Notes under the pieces: model-generated
Told to the model about the DNA's origin: nothing
Databases searched by the model: none
The model's input: the letters and a program-made list of their open reading frames with translations, nothing else
In this document: positions 41,839 to 51,167 of the stretch, in pieces
How positions within the stretch are numbered: position 1 is the stretch's first letter
Layout of the letters: each line of letters opens with the position of its first letter
Origin: Microbacterium sp.
GTDB lineage: Bacteria; Actinomycetota; Actinomycetes; Actinomycetales; Microbacteriaceae
Direction of reading: 5' to 3'
Assembly (NCBI GenBank): GCA_047606715.1
Contig: JASGEE010000060.1
Span: 1 to 62,159, forward strand
Length of the DNA stretch: 62,159 bases
Made by a program: the position numbers and the translations under genes

Positions 41839-43179
41839 ATGGCCCAGACCCCCTCGACCACCGGCGCGCACTGGGTCGGCAAGATCGCACTGTTCCTCAC
41901 CGGGCAGACGATCAGCCTGCTCGGATCGACGCTCGTGCAGTTCGCCGTGTTCTGGTATCTCACGATCACGTTCGCCTCCGGCTGGATCATGACCCTGGCC
42001 GCCGTGTTCGGCTTCCTGCCGCAGGCGATCGTCTCGGTCTTCGGCGGCGTGTGGGCCGATCGGCACAACCGCAAGCACCTCATCATGGGCGCGGATGCCG
42101 CCATCGCCGCCGCGACGGCGGTGCTGGCCGTGGTCATGATGACCGGGTACGACGAGGTGTGGCTGGTGTTCCTCGTGCTGGCGATCCGGTCGGCGGGAGC
42201 CGGCATCCAGTCGCCCGCCGTGTCGGCGATCATCCCCCAGCTCGTCCCGGCCCCGCAGCTGCTGCGGGTGGGCGGCATCAACGGATCGATCCAGTCGGCG
42301 ATCGCGCTGATCGCCCCCGCCGCGGGCGGCGCCGTCTTCGCCTGGGCGACCGCGGCCTTCGACGGCAGTGCCGCCGCACTCGTCCCGATCTTCGTCATCG
42401 ACATCGTGACGGCGGCGATCGGCATCGGCCTGGTCGCGCTCATCCACGTCGACGCCGTGCGCGCGGCGGGCGCAGAGACCCCCAGCTACTTCGCCGACCT
42501 CGCCGACGGCGTGCGCTATGTCACGACGCACGAGTTCGTGCGCTGGCTGCTCGTCCTGTTCGCGATCGTCTTCGTCCTCACCGTGGCCCCGTCGAACCTG
42601 ACCCCGCTCATGGCGGTGCGTTCGTTCGACGCGGGCGCACAGCAGAACGTCATCCACCTGGCCGTGCTGGAGGCCTCTTTCAGCGTCGGGATGGTGCTCG
42701 GCGGTGCACTCATCGCGACGCTGTTCGCCAAGCGCAGCCGCATCGCGCTGATGATCGTCTCGGCACTCGCCTTCGGCGTGCTGTCGATCGGTCTGGGGCT
42801 CTCGCCGAACATCTGGGTGTTCTTCGCCGTCATGTTCGCCATCGGGCTGACGGTGCCGTTCTTCTCGACACCGTCGATGACGCTCCTGCAGGAGAGCATC
42901 GAGCCCGAGCGACAGGGCCGCGTCTTCGGGTTCGTCGGCATCGTGATGTCGCTGGCCATGCCCGTCGGCATGCTGGTGTTCGGCCCGCTCGCCGACATCG
43001 TGCCGATCGAGCCGCTGCTGATCGGCGCGGGGGCGGTCACTCTGATCGTCGTCGCTCTGGCGGTGTGGATGCCGAGCGGGCGGCGCGCGATCGCGGCGGC
43101 GCGCGAGATCCAGGCGCACACGGCAGCGGCATCCGGCGATGCGCGAACGGTCGAGCCGACGGATGCCACGGTGTCCTGA
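41839..43179 (+). CDS. MFS transporter, DHA3 (Mef-like) family
   Basis: GQTISLLGSTLVQFA, GGVWADRHNRK, LLQE....GRVFG; about 12 TM; ATG after TAGACT-N7. Confidence 0.88.
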   Translation: MAQTPSTTGAHWVGKIALFLTGQTISLLGSTLVQFAVFWYLTITFASGWIMTLAAVFGFLPQAIVSVFGGVWADRHNRKHLIMGADAAIAAATAVLAVVMMTGYDEVWLVFLVLAIRSAGAGIQSPAVSAIIPQLVPAPQLLRVGGINGSIQSAIALIAPAAGGAVFAWATAAFDGSAAALVPIFVIDIVTAAIGIGLVALIHVDAVRAAGAETPSYFADLADGVRYVTTHEFVRWLLVLFAIVFVLTVAPSNLTPLMAVRSFDAGAQQNVIHLAVLEASFSVGMVLGGALIATLFAKRSRIALMIVSALAFGVLSIGLGLSPNIWVFFAVMFAIGLTVPFFSTPSMTLLQESIEPERQGRVFGFVGIVMSLAMPVGMLVFGPLADIVPIEPLLIGAGAVTLIVVALAVWMPSGRRAIAAAREIQAHTAAASGDARTVEPTDATVS

Positions 43180-43297
43180 CATGGCCACTCGCCGTCCCCC
43201 TTTCCCCGCTCCCCCAGACTGATTTCCACCCCCGCGGGAACAGCCGTAGTTGTTTGCTCCCAGTACTTTCACAACAATGGAGGGAGGAGGCGGGTCG

Positions 43298-43420
43298 ATG
43301 AGGATTCTCACGGTGCGCGGTGCAGGCGCGACGTCGTCGGCTCCGGGTACCCTCGCCCTCATCACGACGGCACGATCCTCGGCCACTCTGGCCGCATCCA
43401 CCGAGAGGAATCACTCATGA
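43298..43420 (+). pseudogene. Probable internally deleted PTS EIIB remnant (40 codons)
   Basis: Strong RBS GGAGGAGG; MRILTVRGAGATSS resembles EIIB ILVVCGAGxSS with Cys->Arg; TGA overlaps HPr ATG. Confidence 0.55.
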
Positions 43421-43692
43421 CCGAAGTGTCGCGCACGATCCGCATCGGGTCGTCGCACGGGCTGCACGCCCGCCCCGCGAAGCTGTTCACCCAGGCCGTG
43501 CGAGACGCCGGAGTGCCCGTGACGATCGCCAAAGACCCCGGCGCTCCGGTGAATGCCGCGAGTATTCTCGGGGTGATCTCCCTCGGCGCCGAGAAGGGCG
43601 ACTACGTCACCGTGACGACCGAAGGCGAGGGCGCGAACGAGCTGCTCGACACTCTCGCCGATCTGCTTTCCACCGACCACGACGAGAACTGA
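43417..43692 (+). CDS. ptsH: PTS phosphocarrier HPr
   Basis: GLHARPA, NAASILGVISL. Confidence 0.95.
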   Translation: MTEVSRTIRIGSSHGLHARPAKLFTQAVRDAGVPVTIAKDPGAPVNAASILGVISLGAEKGDYVTVTTEGEGANELLDTLADLLSTDHDEN

Positions 43693-43709
43693 GACCGGAG
43701 AAGATCGAC

Positions 43710-45374
43710 ATGACCGAACTGCGCGGAGTCGGAATCGGGCTGGGCGTCGCCCAGGGGCCGGTGGCCCGGATGGCCGAGCCCCTGCCTGCCCCCGAAGACA
43801 CCCCGAGCGCGCTGACGCCCGACGAAGAGCTCGCGCGCGTGCGCGAGGCCGTCGGGGCCGTCGCCCGCGAGCTGGAAGAGCGGGGGGCGAAGGCCGGGGG
43901 CCTGGCCCGCGACGTGCTCGAGGCGCAGGCCATGATGGCCGAGGACCCGACCCTGGATGCCGAGGTCTCCACGCGCGTGAACGCCGGGAAGACGGGCGAG
44001 TTCGCGGTGCACGCGGCGTTCGCGAGCTTCCGCGACACCCTCGCCGCGATGGGCGGCTACCTCGGCGAGCGCGCCGCCGACCTCGACGATGTCGCACAGC
44101 GCGTCATCGCGCGTCTGCGGGGCCTGCCCGCGCCGGGTGTGCCCGAGCCGGGGCACCCCTATGTGCTGGTGGCACGCGACCTCGCCCCGGCCGACACGGC
44201 GCTGCTGGATCTCGACCAGGTGCTGGCCCTGGTGACCACCGACGGCGGCCCGACCTCGCACACCGCGATCCTCGCGCGGGAGAAGTCGATCGTCGCGGTC
44301 GTCGGCGTCGCCGCAGCGAAAGACCTCGCCGACGGTGAGACCGTCATCGTCGATGCCGCCAAAGGCGTCGTGACCACCAGCCCGACCGCCGACGAGCTGG
44401 AACAGGCACAGCACCGCGCCGATGCGCGCGCCGCGGCGTCATCCGCCCCGATCACCCCCGGTGCGCTGAAGGACGGCACGGCCGTCCCCCTGCTCGCGAA
44501 CCTCGGCAAGCCCGGCGGCGCGGATGAGGCGGTGGCCCTGGGAGCGGAGGGCGTGGGCCTGTTCCGCACCGAGTTCCTGTTCCTCTCCTCGACCCGAGCA
44601 CCGACGGTGCAGGAGCAGACCGCCGCGTACACGGAGCTGCTGCAGGCCTTCCCCGGCAAGAAGGTCGTCGTGCGGGCCCTGGATGCCGGGGCCGACAAGC
44701 CGCTCGCGTTCCTCAACGACGCGCACGAGGACAACCCCGCACTGGGCCTGCGAGGCCTGCGCGCCCTGCGCGCGAGCGAGGACATCCTGCGCGAGCAGCT
44801 GACCGCTCTGGCGCAGGCGGATGCCGCCACCGAGTCGGACCTGTGGGTCATGGCGCCGATGGTGTCGACGGTGGAAGAGACCGAGTACTTCACCTCGATC
44901 GCTCGCGAATACGGCATCAAGACGGCCGGGGTCATGGTCGAGGTGCCCTCGTCGGCGCTCCTGGCCGACCGGGTGCTCGCCATCGCCGACTTCGCCTCGA
45001 TCGGCACGAACGACCTCACGCAGTACACGCTGGCCGCCGACCGGCTGCTCGGCTCGGTCGCCTCGTTCCAAGACCCCTGGCACCCCGCCGTGCTCCGCCT
45101 CATCCGCGAGGTGGGTGCGGCCGGCCGCAGCAACGGCAAGCCGGTCGGCATCTGCGGTGAGGCCGCCGCCGATCCGCTCCTGGCGGTCGTGCTCGTGGGC
45201 CTCGGGGCGACTACGCTGTCGATGGCGCCGACCGCGCTGGCGGATGTGCGCGCCTCGCTGCTGCACTACGACCGCGCCGATGCCGAGCGCATCGCCGCGG
45301 CAGCCCTCACCGCCGACGACGCGGCGTCCGCCCGGTCCGCAGCCCAGGCCGCGGCCGAGACCTCCGCGGCCTGA
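43710..45374 (+). CDS. ptsI: PTS enzyme I
   Basis: GGPTSHTAILAR, GVGLFRTEF, NPALGLRG, SIGTNDL, GICGE. Confidence 0.95.
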   Translation: MTELRGVGIGLGVAQGPVARMAEPLPAPEDTPSALTPDEELARVREAVGAVARELEERGAKAGGLARDVLEAQAMMAEDPTLDAEVSTRVNAGKTGEFAVHAAFASFRDTLAAMGGYLGERAADLDDVAQRVIARLRGLPAPGVPEPGHPYVLVARDLAPADTALLDLDQVLALVTTDGGPTSHTAILAREKSIVAVVGVAAAKDLADGETVIVDAAKGVVTTSPTADELEQAQHRADARAAASSAPITPGALKDGTAVPLLANLGKPGGADEAVALGAEGVGLFRTEFLFLSSTRAPTVQEQTAAYTELLQAFPGKKVVVRALDAGADKPLAFLNDAHEDNPALGLRGLRALRASEDILREQLTALAQADAATESDLWVMAPMVSTVEETEYFTSIAREYGIKTAGVMVEVPSSALLADRVLAIADFASIGTNDLTQYTLAADRLLGSVASFQDPWHPAVLRLIREVGAAGRSNGKPVGICGEAAADPLLAVVLVGLGATTLSMAPTALADVRASLLHYDRADAERIAAAALTADDAASARSAAQAAAETSAA

Positions 45375-45399
45375 CCACCTCGCACCCAAAGGAGAGAAA

Positions 45400-46956
45400 A
45401 TGACAACGGCGTCCCGCACGACAGCCACCAGCCGAGCGCAGGTGGGCATCCAGAGATTCGGAACCTTCCTGTCCGGCATGATCATGCCGAACATCCCCGC
45501 CCTGATCGCGTGGGGCATCTTCACGGCGTTCTTCATCGAGGTCGGGTGGACGCCCAACGCCGATCTCGCGACGATCGTCAGCCCGTTCATCCACTACGTG
45601 CTGCCGCTGCTGATCGCATACACCGGCGGTTTCATGGTGTACGACAAGCGCGGCGGCGTCGTAGCCGTCATCGCCACGATGGGCGCGATCGCGGGCTCCG
45701 ACCTGCTCATCGCGAACTTCAACGCCGAACTGCTGGCCGCGGACCCCGAGGCGTCCACCCTCGGCCAGGTCCACATGTTCATCGGTGCGATGATCTTGGC
45801 GCCGATCGCGGGCTACTCGATGAAGTGGCTCGACGGACTGTGGGAGGGCAAGGTCAAGGCCGGCTTCGAGATGCTCGTGAACATGTTCTCGGCGGGTATC
45901 TGGGGCTTCGTGCTGGCCGTCGTCGGCTTCTACCCGATCGCGTGGCTCGTCAACGGCATCATGAACGTGCTGAGCACGGCGGTGAACTGGCTCGTGGCGA
46001 ACAACCTGCTGCCGCTGACGAGCATCATCATCGAGCCGGCGAAGGTGTTCTTCCTCAACAACGCCATCAACCACGGCGTGCTCACCCCGCTGGGCACTCA
46101 GGAGGCGGCTGGCGAGGCGCACAAGTCGATCCTGTTCCTGCTCGAGGCCAACCCCGGCCCGGGCCTCGGCCTGCTGCTGGCGTTCAGCGTCTTCGGCATC
46201 GGCGCCGCCCGGGCGTCGGCGCCGGGGGCCGCGGTGATCCATTTCTTCGGCGGCATCCACGAGGTGTACTTCCCGTACGCCCTGATGAAGCCGGTGCTGA
46301 TCCTCGCGCTGATCGCGGGTGGCATGACCGGCGTGACGACGAACATGCTCCTCGGCGGCGCGCTGCGGGCGCCCGCGGCTCCCGGGAGCATCATCGCCGT
46401 GCTGTTGCAGACCGCCGACGGCAGCTACGTCGCGGTGATCCTTTCGGTCATCCTGTCGGCGGTCGTCACCTTCATCGTCGCCGCGGCCATCCTGCGGGCC
46501 ACGCGCAAGCGCGACCTCGCCGCCGACGCCCTCGGCGACACCCAGTTCGCGGCGGCCATCGCGGCCACCGAAGCGAACAAGGGCAAGAGCTCGGACGCGC
46601 TGTCCGGGCTGCGCGGAACGGCGCCGGATGCCGCATCCGGCGCCACGGCGGCGACCGCGACGATTCGCAACGTCGTGTTCGCCTGCGACGCCGGCATGGG
46701 CTCGTCGGCGATGGGCGCGAGCGTGCTGCGCAACAAGATCAAGAAGGCGGGCGTCGAGGGCGTCTCGGTGACCAACAAGGCGATCGCGAACCTCGACGGC
46801 ACCGAAGACCTCGTCATCACGCAGCAGCAGCTGACCGACCGGGCGCGCGAGCGCAACGCGAAGGCGATACACGTGTCGGTCGACAACTTCATGAACTCCC
46901 CGCGCTACGACGAGGTCGTCGACCTCGTCGTGAAGCAGCACGAGAGCGGCGCGTGA
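45400..46956 (+). CDS. mtlA: PTS mannitol transporter EIICB
   Basis: SGMIMPNI, EPAKVFFLNNAINHG, EANPGPG, FFGGIHE, FACDAGMGSSAMGAS. Confidence 0.95.
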   Translation: MTTASRTTATSRAQVGIQRFGTFLSGMIMPNIPALIAWGIFTAFFIEVGWTPNADLATIVSPFIHYVLPLLIAYTGGFMVYDKRGGVVAVIATMGAIAGSDLLIANFNAELLAADPEASTLGQVHMFIGAMILAPIAGYSMKWLDGLWEGKVKAGFEMLVNMFSAGIWGFVLAVVGFYPIAWLVNGIMNVLSTAVNWLVANNLLPLTSIIIEPAKVFFLNNAINHGVLTPLGTQEAAGEAHKSILFLLEANPGPGLGLLLAFSVFGIGAARASAPGAAVIHFFGGIHEVYFPYALMKPVLILALIAGGMTGVTTNMLLGGALRAPAAPGSIIAVLLQTADGSYVAVILSVILSAVVTFIVAAAILRATRKRDLAADALGDTQFAAAIAATEANKGKSSDALSGLRGTAPDAASGATAATATIRNVVFACDAGMGSSAMGASVLRNKIKKAGVEGVSVTNKAIANLDGTEDLVITQQQLTDRARERNAKAIHVSVDNFMNSPRYDEVVDLVVKQHESGA

Positions 46957-46991
46957 GCGCTCCCCCGGTCGCAAGCCCCCGCTGAGACCGC

Positions 46992-47027
46992 TGTGGGGTC
47001 GGGATGCCGACGGGCCCCGACCCCGCA
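46992..47027 (+). terminator. Intra-operon stem-loop between mtlA and mtlF
   Basis: TGTGGGGTCGGG/CCCGACCCCGCA 12-bp stem. Confidence 0.45.
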
Positions 47028-47068
47028 ATCCCCCAGACCACCAAACCCCAAAACGAGAAGAGAACCCC

Positions 47069-47506
47069 ATGTCCCGCAGTGTGTTAGGCGTCGGTCAGGT
47101 CCGCATCCACTCCGGATCGGTCTCCAAAGAGGAGGCGATGCGCGAAGCCGCGGACATCCTCGAGACCTCAGGAGCTGTGACCTCCGCGTACTTCGACGCG
47201 ATGCAGCAGCGCGAGCAGACCGTGTCGACGTACATGGGCAACGAGCTGGCGATTCCGCACGGCACCAACGAGACGAAGAACACGATCCTCGACTCGGCGC
47301 TGTCCTTCGTGCGCTACGACGGCGGCGTCGATTGGGATGGTGAGCCGGTGACGTTCGTCGTCGGCATCGCGGGCAAGGGCGACGAGCATCTGGAGATCCT
47401 GTCGCAGATCGCCCTCATCTTCTCCGAGGACGAGGAGATCGCGCGCCTGAAGGCGGCGACCAGTCCCGAGGAACTGTTCGGCCTGCTCGCCGCGGTCAAC
47501 GACTGA
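47069..47506 (+). CDS. mtlF: PTS mannitol EIIA
   Basis: RE..VSTYMGNELAIPHGT, GIAGKGDEHL. Confidence 0.92.
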   Translation: MSRSVLGVGQVRIHSGSVSKEEAMREAADILETSGAVTSAYFDAMQQREQTVSTYMGNELAIPHGTNETKNTILDSALSFVRYDGGVDWDGEPVTFVVGIAGKGDEHLEILSQIALIFSEDEEIARLKAATSPEELFGLLAAVND

Positions 47507-47518
47507 GGGAGCACAGCG

Positions 47519-48673
47519 ATGAAGGCCGTCCATTTCGGCGCCGGGAACATCGGTCGCGGGTTCGTCGGGCTGCTGCTGCACGAGGGCGGCTACGAGCTCG
47601 TCTTCTCCGACGTCGCCGCCGCTCTCGTCGACGCGATCAACCGGGCTGACAGCTACACCGTGCACGAGGTCGGCGACGGCGGCACCGACAAGATCGTCAC
47701 CGGCTTCCGCGCCGTCAACAGCCAGACCGACCCGCAGACCCTCATCGACGAGATCGCCACCGCCGACGTCGTCACCACGGCCGTGGGTCCGACCGTGCTG
47801 CGCTTCGTCGCCCCGCACATCCTCGCCGGGCTCGCCCTGCGCGAACCCGCCCTGCCACCGCTGCAGATCATGGCGTGCGAGAACGCGATCGGGGCGACCA
47901 GCCTGCTGCAGGAGGAGATCCACGCTCAGGCCGGCGACGGGTGGGACGGGCTGGCCGCGCGCGCCGTTTTCGCCAACACCGCCGTCGACCGCATCGTCCC
48001 CGCCCAGCCCGAGGGCTCGGGCGTGGATGTCACCGTCGAGCCGTTCTTCGAGTGGGCGATCGAGCGCCCGCCGTTCGGCGACAACCCGCCGCACATCCCG
48101 GGCGCACACTTCGTCGACGATCTCGCGCCGTTCATCGAGCGCAAGCTCTTCACCGTCAACACGGGGCACGCCACGACGGCCTACTTCGGCGCCCAGGCCG
48201 GGGCCGAGAAGATCTCCGACGCCCTCGCCGATCCGGCGATCGCGGCGAAGGTCGCCGCCGCCCTCGAGGAGACCTCGGCGCTGCTGTCGTCCGTGCACGG
48301 GCTCGACCCGGCCGATCTGGCCGAGTACCGGGCCACGATCCTGCGCCGTTTCGCCAACTCCGCCCTGCCCGACACCGTCGGCCGGGTGGGCAGGCAGCCG
48401 TTGCGCAAGCTGTCGCGTCACGAGAGGTTCGTGGGGCCTGCCGCCGCCGCCGCCGAGCGAGGTCTTTCCGTCGATGCCCTCGTCGCGGCGATGGGCGCCG
48501 CCCTCGAGTTCGACGAACCGGGCGACGAGCAGTCGGTGCAGTTGCAGCGTCTGCTGCACGATGATGATGCCGCCGCCTTCACCGCGTCGGTGACCGGTCT
48601 GGAGCCCGGCCACCCGCTGTTCGCGAAGATCGAAGAGGTCGTGCGGATGCGTCAGGCCGCGCTCGCGCTCTGA
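47519..48673 (+). CDS. mtlD: Mannitol-1-phosphate 5-dehydrogenase
   Basis: [44 protein letters not shown]. Confidence 0.96.
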   Translation: MKAVHFGAGNIGRGFVGLLLHEGGYELVFSDVAAALVDAINRADSYTVHEVGDGGTDKIVTGFRAVNSQTDPQTLIDEIATADVVTTAVGPTVLRFVAPHILAGLALREPALPPLQIMACENAIGATSLLQEEIHAQAGDGWDGLAARAVFANTAVDRIVPAQPEGSGVDVTVEPFFEWAIERPPFGDNPPHIPGAHFVDDLAPFIERKLFTVNTGHATTAYFGAQAGAEKISDALADPAIAAKVAAALEETSALLSSVHGLDPADLAEYRATILRRFANSALPDTVGRVGRQPLRKLSRHERFVGPAAAAAERGLSVDALVAAMGAALEFDEPGDEQSVQLQRLLHDDDAAAFTASVTGLEPGHPLFAKIEEVVRMRQAALAL

Positions 48674-48684
48674 CGATACGGTGG

Positions 48685-48709
48685 CATCACCCCGCGCCGC
48701 GGGGTGATG
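48685..48709 (+). terminator. Hairpin after mtlD
   Basis: CATCACCCCGCG-C-CGCGGGGTGATG. Confidence 0.55.
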
Positions 48710-48711
48710 GT

Positions 48712-50100
48712 GTGATCACCATGCACACGATGCGCTGCGCCGTCATCGGCGCGGGCCCGTCGCGGCTGTCGGCGGGCACTCTCGCCCTGCGCGCGCCCGG
48801 TCTCGAGGTCGTCGGATACGAGGCCTCGCACGGTGTCGGGGGCCTGTGGGACATCGACAATCCCCGATCGACGATGTACGGTTCGGCGCACCTGATCTCC
48901 TCGCGCACGACGACCGAGTTCACCGCTTTCCCCATGGCGACGGATGTCGACTATCCCGGCCACCGCGACCTCCTCGGGTACTTCCGCGACTTCGCCGACC
49001 ACTTCGGTCTGACGGGGCTCTACCGGTTCGACACGAAAGTGACGGCGGTCGCGCAGGACGACGGCGGTGGCTGGGTCGTGACCTCATCCGGGCCGGGCCG
49101 CGAGAGCGCCGAACGCTTCGACGCCATCGTCATCGCGACGGGCACTCTCGCCGAGCCGCAGATCCCGTCCTTCCGCGGCGAGTTCACCGGCGAGATCTTC
49201 CACACCTCCCGCTACAAGAGCGCCCGCCAGCTCGACGGCAGGCGGGTGCTCATCATCGGTGCCGGAAACTCCGGCTGCGACATCGCCGTCGACGCCGTGC
49301 ACCACGCGGCATCCGTCGAGATGGGCGTGCGCCGCGGCTACTACTTCGTCCCGCGGTACCTGTTCGGCAGGCCGTCGGACGCCCTCGACCAGGGCCGGCC
49401 GCTGCCACCGCGACTCAAGCAGTTCGTCGACACGCGCGTGCTGCGTGCCTTCACGGGCGATCCGGTGCGGTTCGGCTTTCCGCGCCCCGACTACCGCATC
49501 TACGAGACGCACCCCATCGTCAACACGCTCGTGCTGAACCACCTCGGTCAGGGTGACCTGCGCATCCGCGCCGACGTCGACCGCTTCGACGGCGACACGG
49601 TGCACTTCCGCGACGGCACCAGCGGCACCTACGACACCGTGCTGCTGGCCACCGGCTACCGGCTCGACTACCCCTTCGTCGACCGCGGCGCACTGAACTG
49701 GACGAAGTCCGCACCGAAGCTCTACCTCAACATCTTCCCGCCGTCGTTCAACGGGCTGTACCTGATGGGGATGATCGAGGCCTCGGGCATCGGGTGGCAG
49801 GGGCGCTTCGAGCAGGCCGAGCTGATCGCCGCCTACCTCACCGCTCCCGAGGCCGCGCAGGCCACGTTCCGCCACCGCGTCACCGCCCGGCCGTGGCCCG
49901 ACCTGACCGGCGGATACCGCTACCTGGGGCTTGACCGCATGTCCTATTACGTCAACAAGGACGCCTACCGCCACGCCGTGCGACGCGCCGTCGCGAGCCT
50001 GCGCGACGATGCCACGAGCGCCCCCGCCACCCCGGGCACCCCCGCCACCCCGGGCACCCCCGCACCCCCGCCGCGGGGCCGAAAGCGCCGCCGCAGCTAA
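48712..50100 (+). CDS. Flavin-containing monooxygenase (FMO-like), possibly decaying; start uncertain (48712/48721/48730)
   Basis: GGLW, ATG, F.GEIFHTSRYK, IIGAGNSGCDIA, ATGY; first Rossmann motif reads GAGPSR. Confidence 0.8.
   Translation: MITMHTMRCAVIGAGPSRLSAGTLALRAPGLEVVGYEASHGVGGLWDIDNPRSTMYGSAHLISSRTTTEFTAFPMATDVDYPGHRDLLGYFRDFADHFGLTGLYRFDTKVTAVAQDDGGGWVVTSSGPGRESAERFDAIVIATGTLAEPQIPSFRGEFTGEIFHTSRYKSARQLDGRRVLIIGAGNSGCDIAVDAVHHAASVEMGVRRGYYFVPRYLFGRPSDALDQGRPLPPRLKQFVDTRVLRAFTGDPVRFGFPRPDYRIYETHPIVNTLVLNHLGQGDLRIRADVDRFDGDTVHFRDGTSGTYDTVLLATGYRLDYPFVDRGALNWTKSAPKLYLNIFPPSFNGLYLMGMIEASGIGWQGRFEQAELIAAYLTAPEAAQATFRHRVTARPWPDLTGGYRYLGLDRMSYYVNKDAYRHAVRRAVASLRDDATSAPATPGTPATPGTPAPPPRGRKRRRS
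50021..50063. repeat. 18-bp tandem repeat (2.4 copies) in FMO 3' tail
   Basis: CCCCCGCCACCCCGGGCA x2 + CCCCCGC. Confidence 0.85.
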
Positions 50101-50178
50101 CTCCTCCCATCCGTCACCCCGAGGCCCGGTCTGCCCCGCTCTCGCGCCTTCGGCCGCGGAATCGGAGGAGTTAGCCAC
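50093..50178. repeat. REPIN-like inverted-repeat element, family B, upstream of DUF559 gene
   Basis: Perfect 12-bp IR GCTAACTCCTCC (50096-50107)/GGAGGAGTTAGC (50164-50175); supplies the FMO TAA. Confidence 0.85.
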
Positions 50179-50288
50179 AAACCCGCGGGTCTGCATCGCC
50201 TCCTCCCCAATCGGCGATTTCGAGAAACTGTCCACAGATCTCCCTTTTGCCGCCCCGCGCGCCACCGGAAAGCGGTGAGGTGTGTGGC

Positions 50289-51167
50289 ATGACCGCGCCC
50301 ACCGTCACTCCCCGCGAACTCGCACCTCCCGTGCTCGCCGCCACCTTCCTCAGCACGCAGGAGCTGCGCTCCCGCGGGCTCTCCGAACGCCGCACTGCTG
50401 AAGCCGTGTCGCTCGGTCGGCTCCTGCGCGTTCGACGCGGACGCTACCTCGATCCGGTCGCTCACCCCGACCTGGTGCGGGCGGCAACGCTGGGCGGGCG
50501 TCTGGATTGCGTCTCGCTGCTCACCGCCATCGGAGTCTTCGTGCGCGAGCACGACTGTCTGCACCTCCAGTTCGAACACGGCTCCAGCCGACTCCCCGCG
50601 CGTCCTCCCCGCACCGCCGCTCACTGGAGGACATCCGCCCGCGGGAGTGCCGACCTTGCCGCCGACCTCGTCGATGCCCTGGCGCAGGCTTGCCGCTGCC
50701 AACGCCCGCGCGATGCCATCGCGACGCTGGACAGTGCGTGGCACCACGGCCTGGTCGACGAGGCCGGACTCGCCGACGTCTTCGCCCGGCTGCCCGGCGC
50801 CTACCGGCGACTGCGTCCTCTCCTCGACCAGCGGGCGGAATCGGGACCCGAGACACTGATGCGCCTGATGCTGCGGGGCCTCGGATGCCACGTCGAAGTG
50901 CAGGTGCACATCGACGGCGTCGGCCGTGTCGATCTCGTCGTCGACGGTTGGCTCATCGTCGAGTGCGACAGCCGGGCCTTCCACGAGGGATGGATCGCAC
51001 AGAAGAACGACCGTCGCCGCGACCTCGCCGCTGCCGCCCGCGGATACACGACGGTGCGCCCCATCGCGGAGGACATCTTGGCGACCCCCGACGTCATCCT
51101 CGCCGCGTTCAGACGGATCCTGGCCGCCCACGCCGCGGCTAACTCCTCCCCTGTGCCGCAGCGATAG
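50289..51167 (+). CDS. AbiEi-like N-terminal domain + DUF559/Vsr-like PD-(D/E)xK endonuclease domain protein
   Basis: L...GLS...AV..GRLLRVRRGRY; AESGPETLMRL; QVHIDGVGRVDLVV..LIVECDSRAFH...DRRRD...GY. Confidence 0.8.
   Translation: MTAPTVTPRELAPPVLAATFLSTQELRSRGLSERRTAEAVSLGRLLRVRRGRYLDPVAHPDLVRAATLGGRLDCVSLLTAIGVFVREHDCLHLQFEHGSSRLPARPPRTAAHWRTSARGSADLAADLVDALAQACRCQRPRDAIATLDSAWHHGLVDEAGLADVFARLPGAYRRLRPLLDQRAESGPETLMRLMLRGLGCHVEVQVHIDGVGRVDLVVDGWLIVECDSRAFHEGWIAQKNDRRRDLAAAARGYTTVRPIAEDILATPDVILAAFRRILAAHAAANSSPVPQR

Noticed and set aside
41839-43179. MFS as a mef macrolide-resistance gene
   Set aside because: Only family-level DHA3 motifs are visible; no msr partner or mobile context, so the substrate cannot be assigned.
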